From a virus (lineage: Duplodnaviria > Caudoviricetes), in IMG/VR virus record IMGVR_UViG_3300037484_000062, positions 1 to 41,169 of that record: 41,169 nucleotides of DNA; one strand, written 5' to 3'. Of this stretch, positions 31,092 to 40,776 are shown piece by piece. Position 1 is the first letter of the stretch. Every line of letters starts with the position of its first letter. The translations under genes and the position numbers were made by a program. The notes under the pieces are model-generated. The model searched no databases. It was not told where the DNA came from and saw only the letters and a list, made by a program, of their open reading frames with translations.

Positions 31092-32683
31092 AGCCGCTCT
31101 CCAATCTTGTAGAGCCACGTCATTCCGAGAAACTTCACTGCCTGCTTGAGGTTAAGGTACTGCTTCATCCCACCCACAGTACCATATCCCTGAATCACTT
31201 CCCAGTTAGCTAGCGTTTTATCTGCAGCCGACCACGGGGATCCCCAAGGAGATCCCCAAGGTGTCCCCACCTCTTCGACTGCCAGCGGGGGCTGCTGGTT
31301 GCGGAAGGGCTTGAAGTCCACCTCGAAGATGTTCTTCACGTTGATCGGGCTGTTGGTCTGCAGGAACTGCCGAGTCCCGACCAGCGTCTTCCGCTGCGTC
31401 AGACCGAGCGTCGTCCACGCAGGCTGCATGATGGTCTGAATGGAGGCGCCTGCGTCTGTCTTCGCCGTTGTGGTCATCTTGTAGACGCAGCCGTTCGCCG
31501 CCCCGAAGTACAACTCGTTGTTATACACACACCACGTGAAAGCGTTGATGTCCGTGAACCGACACCACGCGCTCGTCACGTAGTTGAAGACGTGCTGTCG
31601 AAATTTCCCGAGTCCCTGCGGGATGTTGAAGATGATCAACCGGCCCTCGGGCCATGCGATGGCCTCCCACCCCTCCTGGTCGCGGTTCGCGGCCAACTCC
31701 TGCTGGAGGGCACCGTTCGCCTTCGTCCGGGTGACCTTCGCCTCCATCCCGGCCAGCACCTCGGAGAGGTTCACGTAGTCGAGGTCCGTGACCATGAAGA
31801 GGTCGGGGCCGAACTTCACCGCCGCCCGCTGATCCAAGAGTGCACCGATCCGGTAGATCCCGACGATGGCCCAGTCCCCACCTGTGGATGGAGAACTGCC
31901 CTGGTAGATGATCGCTTCGCCGCTCGACATGATGAACACTGCGAAGTCGTCCGGGCCGCTGCCACCGTCCCGCGTCCACGTCTCCATCGACAGCAGGCTG
32001 CCGCCAAACTGCCCAACGCGGGAGAGCGGAAACTTGGCCAACACCCCGCCGATTGCATTGAGCGCCGAGTACCAAACGTCCTGTGAGCCCTTCTCCCAGT
32101 ACCATGTCCGGTTCTTGAAGACGTTGATGCCAACGAGATTCTTCACGTCGTCAGGTCCAGAGAGTGGGAATTCTGCGCTCCCAGGTGCGTACCATTCTGT
32201 CGCGACGTCTCCTCCGGCGTACATGAACGGGCCATCGTAGCCGTTCACGACGACGAGCTTGTTGTCGAACTGCGCCCAGTTCCATCGGGCGCTTGTCAAC
32301 GCAGTCGGAGTCGTGATCGTGTGCGGATCAGCAGGGTCCGTGATGTCGGTTGCGCTGCTTCCATGAAAAGCGATGAGCTTCCGAACGGTGGTCCTCGTGT
32401 AATCCGGCGCAGTCCCAGCGTTCACACCCTCGTACACGACGAGCGTCTTCACGTCGTTGGTGCCAGTGATGTCGATGTACAACTCGTACCCTGGTCTGGA
32501 CTTCACGTAGCCGAGGTCAGGAATCCAGTTGTCGAGGACCACCGCGTCGGTCGGCTCCATGTTGTCGATGGAGTCCCGCGTGTTCCACCCCCCGATGGGA
32601 GCGTCGATATGCACCTCCTGCGCCTGACGCTGCCGCATCCCGCGCATCTGGTAGTCCTGCCCGGAGATCCTCTGGCTTCTCAA
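31088..32683 (-). CDS. Tail nozzle / packaged-DNA stabilisation protein (P22 gp10 / tail tubular B-like, 531 aa)
   Basis: APIGGWNTRD..M...A..LDN.IP; beta-propeller character; synteny. Confidence 0.8.
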   Translation of the reverse strand: MRSQRISGQDYQMRGMRQRQAQEVHIDAPIGGWNTRDSIDNMEPTDAVVLDNWIPDLGYVKSRPGYELYIDITGTNDVKTLVVYEGVNAGTAPDYTRTTVRKLIAFHGSSATDITDPADPHTITTPTALTSARWNWAQFDNKLVVVNGYDGPFMYAGGDVATEWYAPGSAEFPLSGPDDVKNLVGINVFKNRTWYWEKGSQDVWYSALNAIGGVLAKFPLSRVGQFGGSLLSMETWTRDGGSGPDDFAVFIMSSGEAIIYQGSSPSTGGDWAIVGIYRIGALLDQRAAVKFGPDLFMVTDLDYVNLSEVLAGMEAKVTRTKANGALQQELAANRDQEGWEAIAWPEGRLIIFNIPQGLGKFRQHVFNYVTSAWCRFTDINAFTWCVYNNELYFGAANGCVYKMTTTAKTDAGASIQTIMQPAWTTLGLTQRKTLVGTRQFLQTNSPINVKNIFEVDFKPFRNQQPPLAVEEVGTPWGSPWGSPWSAADKTLANWEVIQGYGTVGGMKQYLNLKQAVKFLGMTWLYKIGERL

Positions 32684-33450
32684 CTGCCGAACCCTGTGTC
32701 AGGGATGTTCAGGGCGAACATCGAGTCATTCTGCAGCAGACTCAGAGTCTCCGCACCGCCATCGTGCGACCCCCGCTCGAGCACCAGCGCGTTGTACTCC
32801 TCACGCTCATCCGCGTAGCTCATGCCAAGTATTCGCAGCAGGCGCCAGAGTGCCGCAGCCTCCACGACGTCGTCGTCGATGACTGTGTAATCGTCATCTG
32901 ACTTCCACTCAGACCCCAGCGGCCACCCAAGCACACCCATGTTCATGATGTAGTCGGTGGTGATGTACTCGTAGAAAATCTCGATGGCTTCTTCAGCGGC
33001 ATTGGGGTACGTCGTGCTCGCCGTATCAGGGTAGAGTTGGAGACGGGGCTGCTTGAACGGACGCATGATCACACGGTCCTGACCAGTGATCCGGCAGATC
33101 CTGTACAACCCTGTTATCCCAGTCAACCCGGACATGTACATCTGCCACTTCTCAGGGCCGACTGGCCCGATCAGCTTCTGCCCATTTGTTCGATCCCAGA
33201 TCGTGTTGTTCACAAAGCGATCGAAGTCTGGAGGCATGTCGTAGTATTCAGAGCCAGTCGTCTTGAATGAGTATTCAAGATGCAGCACAGCCCAGTCCAC
33301 GTCCCGGTAGGCATCCTTTTGGCTGCCATCCTTGATGGCCTGGAAGATAGTCTGAACGGTGCGCTCGGTACTGCCGACGATGGTGGTAGGGACGGGGAGG
33401 CCAGCCTTGATTGCAATGGCCTGCCCGATCTGGAGGAGGTTGGTGCTCAT
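32680..33450 (-). CDS. Head-tail adaptor / tail tubular protein A-like (256 aa)
   Basis: Y.MP.DF.RF...T.WDR....L.GP.....W; synteny. Confidence 0.75.
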   Translation of the reverse strand: MSTNLLQIGQAIAIKAGLPVPTTIVGSTERTVQTIFQAIKDGSQKDAYRDVDWAVLHLEYSFKTTGSEYYDMPPDFDRFVNNTIWDRTNGQKLIGPVGPEKWQMYMSGLTGITGLYRICRITGQDRVIMRPFKQPRLQLYPDTASTTYPNAAEEAIEIFYEYITTDYIMNMGVLGWPLGSEWKSDDDYTVIDDDVVEAAALWRLLRILGMSYADEREEYNALVLERGSHDGGAETLSLLQNDSMFALNIPDTGFGS

Positions 33451-34025
33451 TTCTCCTTGCCTTCCAGCACCTCAAGCCTATGATGCATCTTCTCGATGGT
33501 GCTTTCAAGATCCTTCACCTGGCTTTTCAGCTTTCGGTTCTCCGCCGATACCTTTTGGACGCTGATCTCCCCCCGCTGGCTCTGGACGTAGACGCGGGCC
33601 TTGTTGCGGAGGTCCGTCATCCCAGAGCCCATCCCCTGGAGGTAGACATCAGGTAGTTCTGCGAACTGCTCTACCGTGTGCACTTCGCTCGACTTCAGAG
33701 TTTTCACTTGACCTGCCGTGGCCTGCGCCCACTCGGCAATCGGCGTACCGTCGATGTCCTCAATGCCGCCCTTCCCGCTCTCCGAGAACTTCTTCCACGA
33801 CTCCGGCCACCGGATCTTGTCGCAGTCCTGCACCGGCCGGATCACGCGCTCGAGCTTGTTCCCCGGAGCGAGAATCTCCACAAACGGGACATCCTTGTAG
33901 ATTTTCTTCCCGCTTGCCTCCGACGCCTCGTTGTCCAGCATGGCCTCGTACCTGAAGAGAGGGATACACGCATCCCGCTCCTGCTTGCCCCCAAAAGAAA
34001 ATGTGGAATCGTCGAAACTCGGCAT
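33447..34025 (-). CDS. Conserved-type phage protein after the capsid genes (192 aa)
   Basis: GTPIAEW...V.TVEQFAELPD (HhH-like) plus a coiled coil. Confidence 0.7.
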   Translation of the reverse strand: MPSFDDSTFSFGGKQERDACIPLFRYEAMLDNEASEASGKKIYKDVPFVEILAPGNKLERVIRPVQDCDKIRWPESWKKFSESGKGGIEDIDGTPIAEWAQATAGQVKTLKSSEVHTVEQFAELPDVYLQGMGSGMTDLRNKARVYVQSQRGEISVQKVSAENRKLKSQVKDLESTIEKMHHRLEVLEGKEK

Positions 34026-34039
34026 CGTGCCCTCCCATG

Positions 34040-34067
34040 AAAAGGTGGGGAGCCGAAGCTCCCCACC
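34040..34067 (-). terminator. Rho-independent terminator after the capsid genes
   Basis: GGTGGGGAGC-TTCG-GCTCCCCACC-TTTT: perfect 10-bp stem with a cUUCGg loop. Confidence 0.88.
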
Positions 34068-34076
34068 AGTCGTTTA

Positions 34077-34559
34077 CTACGCGGCGGCGCTCAGGCCGAC
34101 CCTCGGCTGATCAATCTCCACAGCGGTCACTCCACCAGAGCCGGACGCTGCCGCAGCCCGTGCCGTCTGGATCTCGGACAACCCGGTGCCCGTCGCGCCG
34201 GCTGAACCGGCAGTCGCGTTCGTGTACAGGCCAGCGTTGTCACCAACGGACGCAACGAGGAGGCCGGCTCCCTTCCCACGGGTCTGATACCAGCCGTAGG
34301 TGCTGGCGACCGTCAGGGCCATCGCAATCCCGACAGGGCCGATGTCCCCGTCCGCGAGCAGGGTTGTGGTGTGATCAGCATAACTGATGAGCACCCAACT
34401 GCCAACCACTGTGCTCCCGACACCCTTCAGAAAGATGAACTCGCCAATGGTGTCGGAGACGGTGTCCCTCGCCGTGCACCGCTGACCGAGGGTGTATTCC
34501 GCAGTGGTATACACCTTGGTGATGTCTACGCCTACCAGATCAGTCACACGCCATGCCAT
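34077..34559 (-). CDS. Capsid cement/decoration protein (160 aa)
   Basis: Directly after MCP and before the terminator; YGWYQ..G motif. Confidence 0.7.
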   Translation of the reverse strand: MAWRVTDLVGVDITKVYTTAEYTLGQRCTARDTVSDTIGEFIFLKGVGSTVVGSWVLISYADHTTTLLADGDIGPVGIAMALTVASTYGWYQTRGKGAGLLVASVGDNAGLYTNATAGSAGATGTGLSEIQTARAAAASGSGGVTAVEIDQPRVGLSAAA

Positions 34560-34568
34560 ATTGACCTC

Positions 34569-35528
34569 CTACGCCTTCCACAGGATGCCCTGGAGACTGG
34601 CGTTGCTCATGGTGAGATTGCCGGCGAACACGATGGGCACCACGAAGGCGTCCTGGTTCACCGCTTCGCGCCGCTCCAGCGGGACAAAGTTTCGGTCGAC
34701 GTGCGGACGGAAGTAGATGTAGTCCGTGTTGAGGAAGTACATCGAGTTCGCGTAGTGACCGCTGTCGCCGTCGTAGAGCACGCTCGCCGTGTTGTACGCC
34801 AGCTCGGAGAACCCAGCCTTCGCCTTGGTGTCGCTGGTGATTCGCTGGATCGCCTGCATGGCGCCCCAGAACACGGAGAACGCCCCAGCGTCCGCTGTGA
34901 TGAGGTCCGGCTTGTCCGTGCCCCTGGTGCACTTGAGCCACAGCTCGTTCATCTTCGCGAGGATGGTGGAGGTCGACATGGTGCCGTCCTGCAGCGTCTG
35001 GTTCTGCCAGAATGCCCACGTCGCCCGGTCGATGCCACCAACTGTGCCGCTCGTCGGCACCTTCGCCACCTGCGCCTGCAGGCCGGTGATCTGCTTGCTG
35101 CTCGTCCCGGTGCCATCCGAGTAGATGCCGGTCGAGATGTTGTTCTTCATCGTCTTCATCGCGTTGCTGATGCGCTTCTCGAGCAGATTGATCACCGCTT
35201 CCTTGCCGGTGTTCTGCACGTCGACCTCGAGCCCGCTCGCCGTGACCACCACCGCCGCCTGCTTCCAGGGGTACTCGGCAGCCGACATCACGTCGCTCGG
35301 GTTGATGTCCAGGACCTCGTAGCCGGAGTAATACTTGAACGTCCCGTTCTCGGCATACTCCAGCTCCTCGATGATCGCTCGCCCTCCCGACACGGTCTTG
35401 ACGTGACCCTTCGAGAGCAGACGGGAGAGCAGAGCATTGCCGTTGGACACGTTGTCCGCGAGTTCCTTGTTCCTGTGCAACAGAGTCGTGGTGACGATCT
35501 CTGTGTACGTCGCGTTCGGGGATGCCAT
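34569..35528 (-). CDS. Major capsid protein (HK97 fold, 319 aa)
   Basis: TTTL......LADNV...NALL..L; YSGYE.L; DG.G...KQI.GL; after the scaffold gene; strong GAGGTGA RBS. Confidence 0.9.
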   Translation of the reverse strand: MASPNATYTEIVTTTLLHRNKELADNVSNGNALLSRLLSKGHVKTVSGGRAIIEELEYAENGTFKYYSGYEVLDINPSDVMSAAEYPWKQAAVVVTASGLEVDVQNTGKEAVINLLEKRISNAMKTMKNNISTGIYSDGTGTSSKQITGLQAQVAKVPTSGTVGGIDRATWAFWQNQTLQDGTMSTSTILAKMNELWLKCTRGTDKPDLITADAGAFSVFWGAMQAIQRITSDTKAKAGFSELAYNTASVLYDGDSGHYANSMYFLNTDYIYFRPHVDRNFVPLERREAVNQDAFVVPIVFAGNLTMSNASLQGILWKA

Positions 35529-35536
35529 CTTTCACC

Positions 35537-36553
35537 TCACATTGTTCTTGGTTTTTCGTTTGCCTTGTCCCAGGCTGCGGACAAATCGTCGTGCAGCGTC
35601 TTGCCGCTTTTCGGTCGCTCCTCTGTCGCAGTAGATGACCCATGTACCTTGGCGTTCACTGCACGCCGCGCCTTCTTCGCTGCCGCCTTCTCGGCCTCGA
35701 TCCGCTTCCTGTCTTCGGCGGATCGGTCGCGGGCCAGCGCCCGCTGCCGAACGGTCGGGTCAGCGTAGACGGCCTGATCGTACAGTTCTGCCAGGGCGGG
35801 AATGTCCTCACCGCGAGTGGCGTACCCTTCAGCGATCCGGGTCATGGCTGGCTCGACCTCCTCGAAGAACTCGTGGTCCTTCTTGAAGATGTCGATCTGC
35901 TTCTCCCATGCCATCACTCGTCCCTGAAGCGCCTGCCGCTCGCGATTCGCCATCTCCTGCCGAATCGAGCGCACCTCCGTGAGTGCCGCACTGTCCTCCG
36001 TCCTGGGCTCCGCAGCCATGCTCTTGCCCAGGTCGATCCCGTAGGTATCTGCGATGAACCGGATGGCTTCGTGCGGCTTCTCCTGGAGCATCTTGTGCGC
36101 TCCAACGAGCCGGCGAATCGCATCGGCCTCGCTGACACCGAAATACTGCATCTCTGCTCTCGCAGGCTCCAGAGCACGCCGAATCTCCGCCACCTCCTGG
36201 AGCTTCCGCGTGTAGTGGGCCTGGAATTTCTTGTCCTTGCTGATGAGGAACTCCTGCGCCTCCTTCGGCATCTTCCCGAAGGACGCCTTGTCCTCGTTCG
36301 TCCAGTGCTCGAGCGGCTGCAGATCCCCAGCCTCCCACGGAGTTTTCTCCTCCTCGACGGGCTCCGGGGCCTCTTCTGGCTCCTCCGCAGGCTCAGGGGC
36401 TTCCTCGGGCTGCTCTGGCGATTCTGGAGGCACCTCCTCCTTCTCCTCCGGCTCCTCCTCGGCCTCTTTCTCAGCCTTCTCGGCCACGGACTTGTCCCAC
36501 TCCTCGGACATCGTCTCGTGCAGCGTCTCCTGTAGCGTCTTTTCCTCACTCAT
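35537..36553 (-). CDS. Capsid scaffolding protein (338 aa)
   Basis: Acidic Glu/Pro-rich N-terminus; helical; immediately before MCP. Confidence 0.8.
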   Translation of the reverse strand: MSEEKTLQETLHETMSEEWDKSVAEKAEKEAEEEPEEKEEVPPESPEQPEEAPEPAEEPEEAPEPVEEEKTPWEAGDLQPLEHWTNEDKASFGKMPKEAQEFLISKDKKFQAHYTRKLQEVAEIRRALEPARAEMQYFGVSEADAIRRLVGAHKMLQEKPHEAIRFIADTYGIDLGKSMAAEPRTEDSAALTEVRSIRQEMANRERQALQGRVMAWEKQIDIFKKDHEFFEEVEPAMTRIAEGYATRGEDIPALAELYDQAVYADPTVRQRALARDRSAEDRKRIEAEKAAAKKARRAVNAKVHGSSTATEERPKSGKTLHDDLSAAWDKANEKPRTM

Positions 36554-36803
36554 GGCTTACTCGCCCCCCCTTTTCGCGTTCTTTCATCCACTTTGGCGCC
36601 TCGTTCCCCACCTCGATCATCCCGTGCTGCTTCAAAAGCGCACGGTGATGTGACCTAGACGTGACCCAAGAGCCGTCGATCCCCACCGCCTTGTACGGCT
36701 GGATGTCCGGCATGATGTTCGGACCCTTGCTCTCCTTCGGACGGCGCACCTCGTCCGTGATCTCCACGACATTCCCGTCACGGTAAGCCCAAATCCGTCT
36801 CAA
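36546..36803 (-). CDS. Small conserved-type protein between portal and scaffold (85 aa)
   Basis: DI.PY....DG....SRS.HR..LK.HG.IEVGNE. Confidence 0.7.
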   Translation of the reverse strand: MRRIWAYRDGNVVEITDEVRRPKESKGPNIMPDIQPYKAVGIDGSWVTSRSHHRALLKQHGMIEVGNEAPKWMKEREKGGRVSHE

Positions 36804-38752
36804 TTTGCCTTCTCGTTTCCACCGGAGGCGTTGATCCGCGCCGTGTCGCGGTTGATCAGGGCCTCGATGTGCTTCTGCTCGATCTTCTGGGACTCGATCT
36901 GTCCGCTCTGCATCAACTTCGCCTGCTCGAGCTGCAGCTTCTGGGCCTCCAGCGCCTGCTCGCCTTCGATCTTCATGCGCTCGAGCTTCAGCTTCTCCTG
37001 CTCGATCTGCATCTTCATGGCGTTGGCCGCTGCGTTCGGGTCCTCCTGCGGCTGCGGCGGCTGACCACCCATCTGCTCGAGCTTCTCCTCGAGTTGCTGT
37101 CCCACCCGGAAGCGCCGAGCCGCGAAGAGGATGATCTCCTTGGCAACGTCCGGCGTCATCAGCCCGCCGCTGACCGCCTGCGTCGCCGCACCCATGAACC
37201 CGGACAGCCCGGTCAGGAACTCAGCGAGGTCAGCTTTCTCCCGATCCTCGTCGCGGGCGATGGTGGAGTCCGTCTCCACGTCGATCCTGAACCCGCGCAT
37301 CAGGTCATCGCGCAGGAGTTGCGCCACCTGCTCCATCCCCTGCCCCTCGGCCAACCCGCTCTGCACCCCGGTGATCATCATCAGCGTCTTCGCGTCGAAG
37401 TGCTCCGCAATCACCTCTGCCATGATTGCCAGCGTGTCGCGGGCGAACTTCTCGACGTTGCGCTGCTTCTCGCCCAGGCGCCCCGTTGCGTACCCGGCCC
37501 GCGCCTCTGCCGCACCCTTTGTTTCACGTGGAACAGCCACCCCGCGTAGGATGTCAACGATGCCGGTGACCTCGTAGATCATCTGCATCGTCTTCTCCCG
37601 CTGCATGGACAGCCCCTCGATCACTCCGATAAGAGGATCGTAAGGGAGCCACGTGATTGCACCGTTGGACCCGCCAGCCTGCATGAACGATGCGTAGTTC
37701 TCGCAGGGGATCATCTCGTTCTCAGTGCCGCGCACCAGCTTGGAGATTGCGTCCTTGGCGTTCGCGTCGTACACTGCCGCCGCCCGCAACACGCTCGTCA
37801 ACTTGGTGATCCTGTCCGTCAGGGTGTTCACCTCGGCAGCCTGCCGCTCGTACATCTTGTACTCGGGGATGGGCTCGAGCGAGCCCGTCGTCTCAATCAT
37901 GTACAGCGGCTTCGGGCAGGGAAAGAACTGCTCCAGCTCCAGCGGGTCCTCCAGCGGTGTCTCGAGGAACTTGTCGTGTCCCTCGGCCACCTTGTAGACC
38001 TTGCGCGTCCGCTTGTTCCAGAACTCCCACACCCTGGCGCAGTCCCGGCGCTCGTACTGGTCCCGATACTCGTGCTCGTCGTCCCTCGCGATGTCGCTGA
38101 CCAACGGGATGTCGTCCGCAACCTCTTTCCCGAACTGCTCCTCGAGATCGTGCTTCGTCAGGTCGTGACCCCGCGCCACCCACCACACGTCCTCCCAGCA
38201 GCGGCCGTCCGAGTGGAAGAAGTCCTTCCAGTACAGGTGCTCGATGTACACCTGCTCGTACGCCTTGCGCTCGGCCATCACCTCTTCGCCGTCGTCGTCG
38301 ATGCCCTCGGAGTATTCCTCAAACTCCGCGTCGTACACCACCCACACCTGGCCGCGACCCGGCAACAGGAAGTCGCTCACCGCTCGGCGCATGGCCGGCG
38401 TGTACTCGTGCCCGTCGCACTCCATGAAATAATCCAGCGCCCGCTCCATCACCTCCGCCGCCACTCTTGCCGGTGGATCAGGCTCGAGGAAGCGTCTCCT
38501 CACGATTGGCTTCGGCGTGTTCGAGTAGATGAAGGGGCGCTGGGTTTCCACATTCGCCCACAGGATGTTGAAGCGGTCACTCGCCACGTTGATTCCGTCA
38601 CCCTCTCCACGATAGAGGCTGATCACCTTCTCCCCGCGCTTCAGCCATGAATTCATCCGGTTCTGCGCTGAGGACAACTCGTTGAGGATGACCTCTACGT
38701 CGTCCCCACCAGGCCCTTCTTCCTCGACCATCTCTCTCGTGGGTTCAGCCAT
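36800..38752 (-). CDS. Portal protein (650 aa)
   Basis: FNILWANVET..P.IY...P, FFPCPKP, IYEVTGI.DI.RG, FRIDVETDST; C-terminal coiled-coil barrel. Confidence 0.88.
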   Translation of the reverse strand: MAEPTREMVEEEGPGGDDVEVILNELSSAQNRMNSWLKRGEKVISLYRGEGDGINVASDRFNILWANVETQRPFIYSNTPKPIVRRRFLEPDPPARVAAEVMERALDYFMECDGHEYTPAMRRAVSDFLLPGRGQVWVVYDAEFEEYSEGIDDDGEEVMAERKAYEQVYIEHLYWKDFFHSDGRCWEDVWWVARGHDLTKHDLEEQFGKEVADDIPLVSDIARDDEHEYRDQYERRDCARVWEFWNKRTRKVYKVAEGHDKFLETPLEDPLELEQFFPCPKPLYMIETTGSLEPIPEYKMYERQAAEVNTLTDRITKLTSVLRAAAVYDANAKDAISKLVRGTENEMIPCENYASFMQAGGSNGAITWLPYDPLIGVIEGLSMQREKTMQMIYEVTGIVDILRGVAVPRETKGAAEARAGYATGRLGEKQRNVEKFARDTLAIMAEVIAEHFDAKTLMMITGVQSGLAEGQGMEQVAQLLRDDLMRGFRIDVETDSTIARDEDREKADLAEFLTGLSGFMGAATQAVSGGLMTPDVAKEIILFAARRFRVGQQLEEKLEQMGGQPPQPQEDPNAAANAMKMQIEQEKLKLERMKIEGEQALEAQKLQLEQAKLMQSGQIESQKIEQKHIEALINRDTARINASGGNEKAN

Positions 38753-38796
38753 CACTTCCTCCGTCCACCGCGCTTCTTCTTACCGCAAGGCATGGC

Positions 38797-40776
38797 TCAC
38801 CTCCACCCGTGGTGTCGACTCAGCAGCAGTAGCCACCTTGAGTGCCGTGCAGAGTCTCCAGAACCCGAACTGACCGTCATGTCTCCGGTGAGTGTCGATT
38901 GGGCAGCGATCGCCCCAGCGAGGGCTCTATCAACACTCATGTCTCCGGTGAGTGTTGAGGTCGCCGCGATCGAGCCCCCAAGGACCCCGAGGTCTTCATC
39001 CCCGTACGCCCCAATGTTCCAGCCAACCTGAAGGTCCTGATCCACGACGTTGACTGCGGCGGGCCATACGCTGTTGGGATTCAGAGCCCACTTGTAGGTG
39101 TCCCCGAGGTCGACGCCTGATCCGAGGCATGGAGAAGTTGATTGAAGCCGGAAATCCCCAGTTGCCGGAGCTACAAATAGTGGGTCGGCCACAGTTGAGT
39201 TGCAGTCCATCGAGAATGCGGAACAGGCTTCAGCGATGGTGTAGAAAACGGTGTCGCGCTTGATGACATCGGGGTTTGCGTCGGACCTTAGATAGCAGTT
39301 GTAGTCGCACTCAAACCCCGTATAGTCCGTGGCGGTAAGCGTGATACACGTCGTGGCCGAGCCCACGATGATGTTGTTCTTGATCTTCGAGTTCTGAGTG
39401 CCGAGGGTGGTTTGGAAGTTGATGCACTGATTTGACACTCCCCCACCGTCGAAGATGTTGTTGTAGATCAGCGTGTCGTGACACGCGACTCCCCCGGTGT
39501 CCCAGATTTGGAGCAGGATGTCCGTGCCCGTTGTGTTGACCGTCTTGTAGATGACGTTGTGGTGAACCTTACAACCGTAGGAACTACCGGAGATCAGAAT
39601 CTCCCCACCCCAAGTCCCAGACTGGGCGTTGTCGTGGAACAGGTTCCTGAAAATCTCGTTGCTGTGAGAGCCAAGCTCAATCAGCAGCCCAAGATTGGTG
39701 TTGTCGTAGACGTGGTTCTCATAGATCTGGTTGCCAGCGCATCCAATGTCCAGGTCGATGCCCTGGAACTCGTTTGAGTAGGTGGCGTTCCCATAGATGA
39801 ATGAATCATCCACGTACAGGAGCTTGATCCCGTAGCCGTCAAATGGAGCCTCTCCAAGATAGCCAGTTACCCTGGCGTGATGCGTCACACAGTTGGAGAT
39901 TGTGAATCCGACTCCGTGCGTTGCCTCTGCCCCAGTGGCAGAGATACTGTGCGCTCCATTGTATGAAGCTACACAGTTGTCGATGGTGCCGTAGTTGCCA
40001 GAGACGTTGATGCCATGACCATTGTTCCAGTGCGCTGCACAGTTTTGGAAGATGATGTGATGGCAGTCAACGCCGCCAGTGACCCTGAATCCACCCACGT
40101 AGCCGGTGCCAGTGCCGTGGCGGGCCTCAAGTCCGTCCACGGTGAGGTAGCTCTTTTGGTAGACATAGAAACACCCTCTCTGTGAGGCCTCGATCAGCAC
40201 CCCAGTAGTATCTGGGTCTCCAGAGTCGTCCCGTATGTAGATCGTGTTGTAGCCGAGCGAATCAGCATCCCCGTAGAAATACTGATGGTCAGTCAGCCCA
40301 GCCACTGAGGCACCCTCTGCACAACTCACATCATCCAGAAAAACGAGGTCGGTACTTGGATCATCGAGACTCGGATCCCCAAGAGCAGCCGTCCGGCAGT
40401 AGTAGCAGTTCGTTCCTACGCCGCTCGCCGTCCATGCGTACGAGGCAGACGAGATGTCCGTCGATCCCTTGATAACTGGAGATCCGCTCCCCAGGTAGGT
40501 GATCGGTGAACCAGCCGACCCGCTTGAAGGCGGCGATATTCGTTCCCTGTAGACTCCACCAGAATCAGAAATGATGATGCTACACGGACCAGTGAACGTC
40601 TCCGCGTTGTGGACGGTGACGTTCATGCTCGTCGCTGCGGCCGCGTCGCTCGTCGCATCCTCCTTGGTCGCCGCCGTTCCGTCTGCGCGAACGTAATAGG
40701 TGGGCCCAGTAACGACGCTGCCGACGATGTTGAACGCCGCCCCTGGGTTGCGTGCAGCGATGTCAGCGAATGCCAT
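38797..40776 (-). CDS. Right-handed parallel beta-helix (pectin-lyase-like) spike or depolymerase-like protein (659 aa)
   Basis: TYYV..DG, repeated N...GI / I.NN..Y.N rungs, DPLF......DFRLQ..SP....G; C-terminal GSIAATSTLTGD repeats. Confidence 0.8.
   Translation of the reverse strand: MAFADIAARNPGAAFNIVGSVVTGPTYYVRADGTAATKEDATSDAAAATSMNVTVHNAETFTGPCSIIISDSGGVYRERISPPSSGSAGSPITYLGSGSPVIKGSTDISSASYAWTASGVGTNCYYCRTAALGDPSLDDPSTDLVFLDDVSCAEGASVAGLTDHQYFYGDADSLGYNTIYIRDDSGDPDTTGVLIEASQRGCFYVYQKSYLTVDGLEARHGTGTGYVGGFRVTGGVDCHHIIFQNCAAHWNNGHGINVSGNYGTIDNCVASYNGAHSISATGAEATHGVGFTISNCVTHHARVTGYLGEAPFDGYGIKLLYVDDSFIYGNATYSNEFQGIDLDIGCAGNQIYENHVYDNTNLGLLIELGSHSNEIFRNLFHDNAQSGTWGGEILISGSSYGCKVHHNVIYKTVNTTGTDILLQIWDTGGVACHDTLIYNNIFDGGGVSNQCINFQTTLGTQNSKIKNNIIVGSATTCITLTATDYTGFECDYNCYLRSDANPDVIKRDTVFYTIAEACSAFSMDCNSTVADPLFVAPATGDFRLQSTSPCLGSGVDLGDTYKWALNPNSVWPAAVNVVDQDLQVGWNIGAYGDEDLGVLGGSIAATSTLTGDMSVDRALAGAIAAQSTLTGDMTVSSGSGDSARHSRWLLLLSRHHGWR

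Noticed and set aside
35526-35540. GTGAGGTGAAAGATG at the major capsid start (and GAGGTGAAGTATGA at 15496) as cassette elements
   Set aside because: They share only the SD core and lack AAGCC-ATGA, so I treat them as ordinary strong RBSs. They do show that part of the motif is generic.
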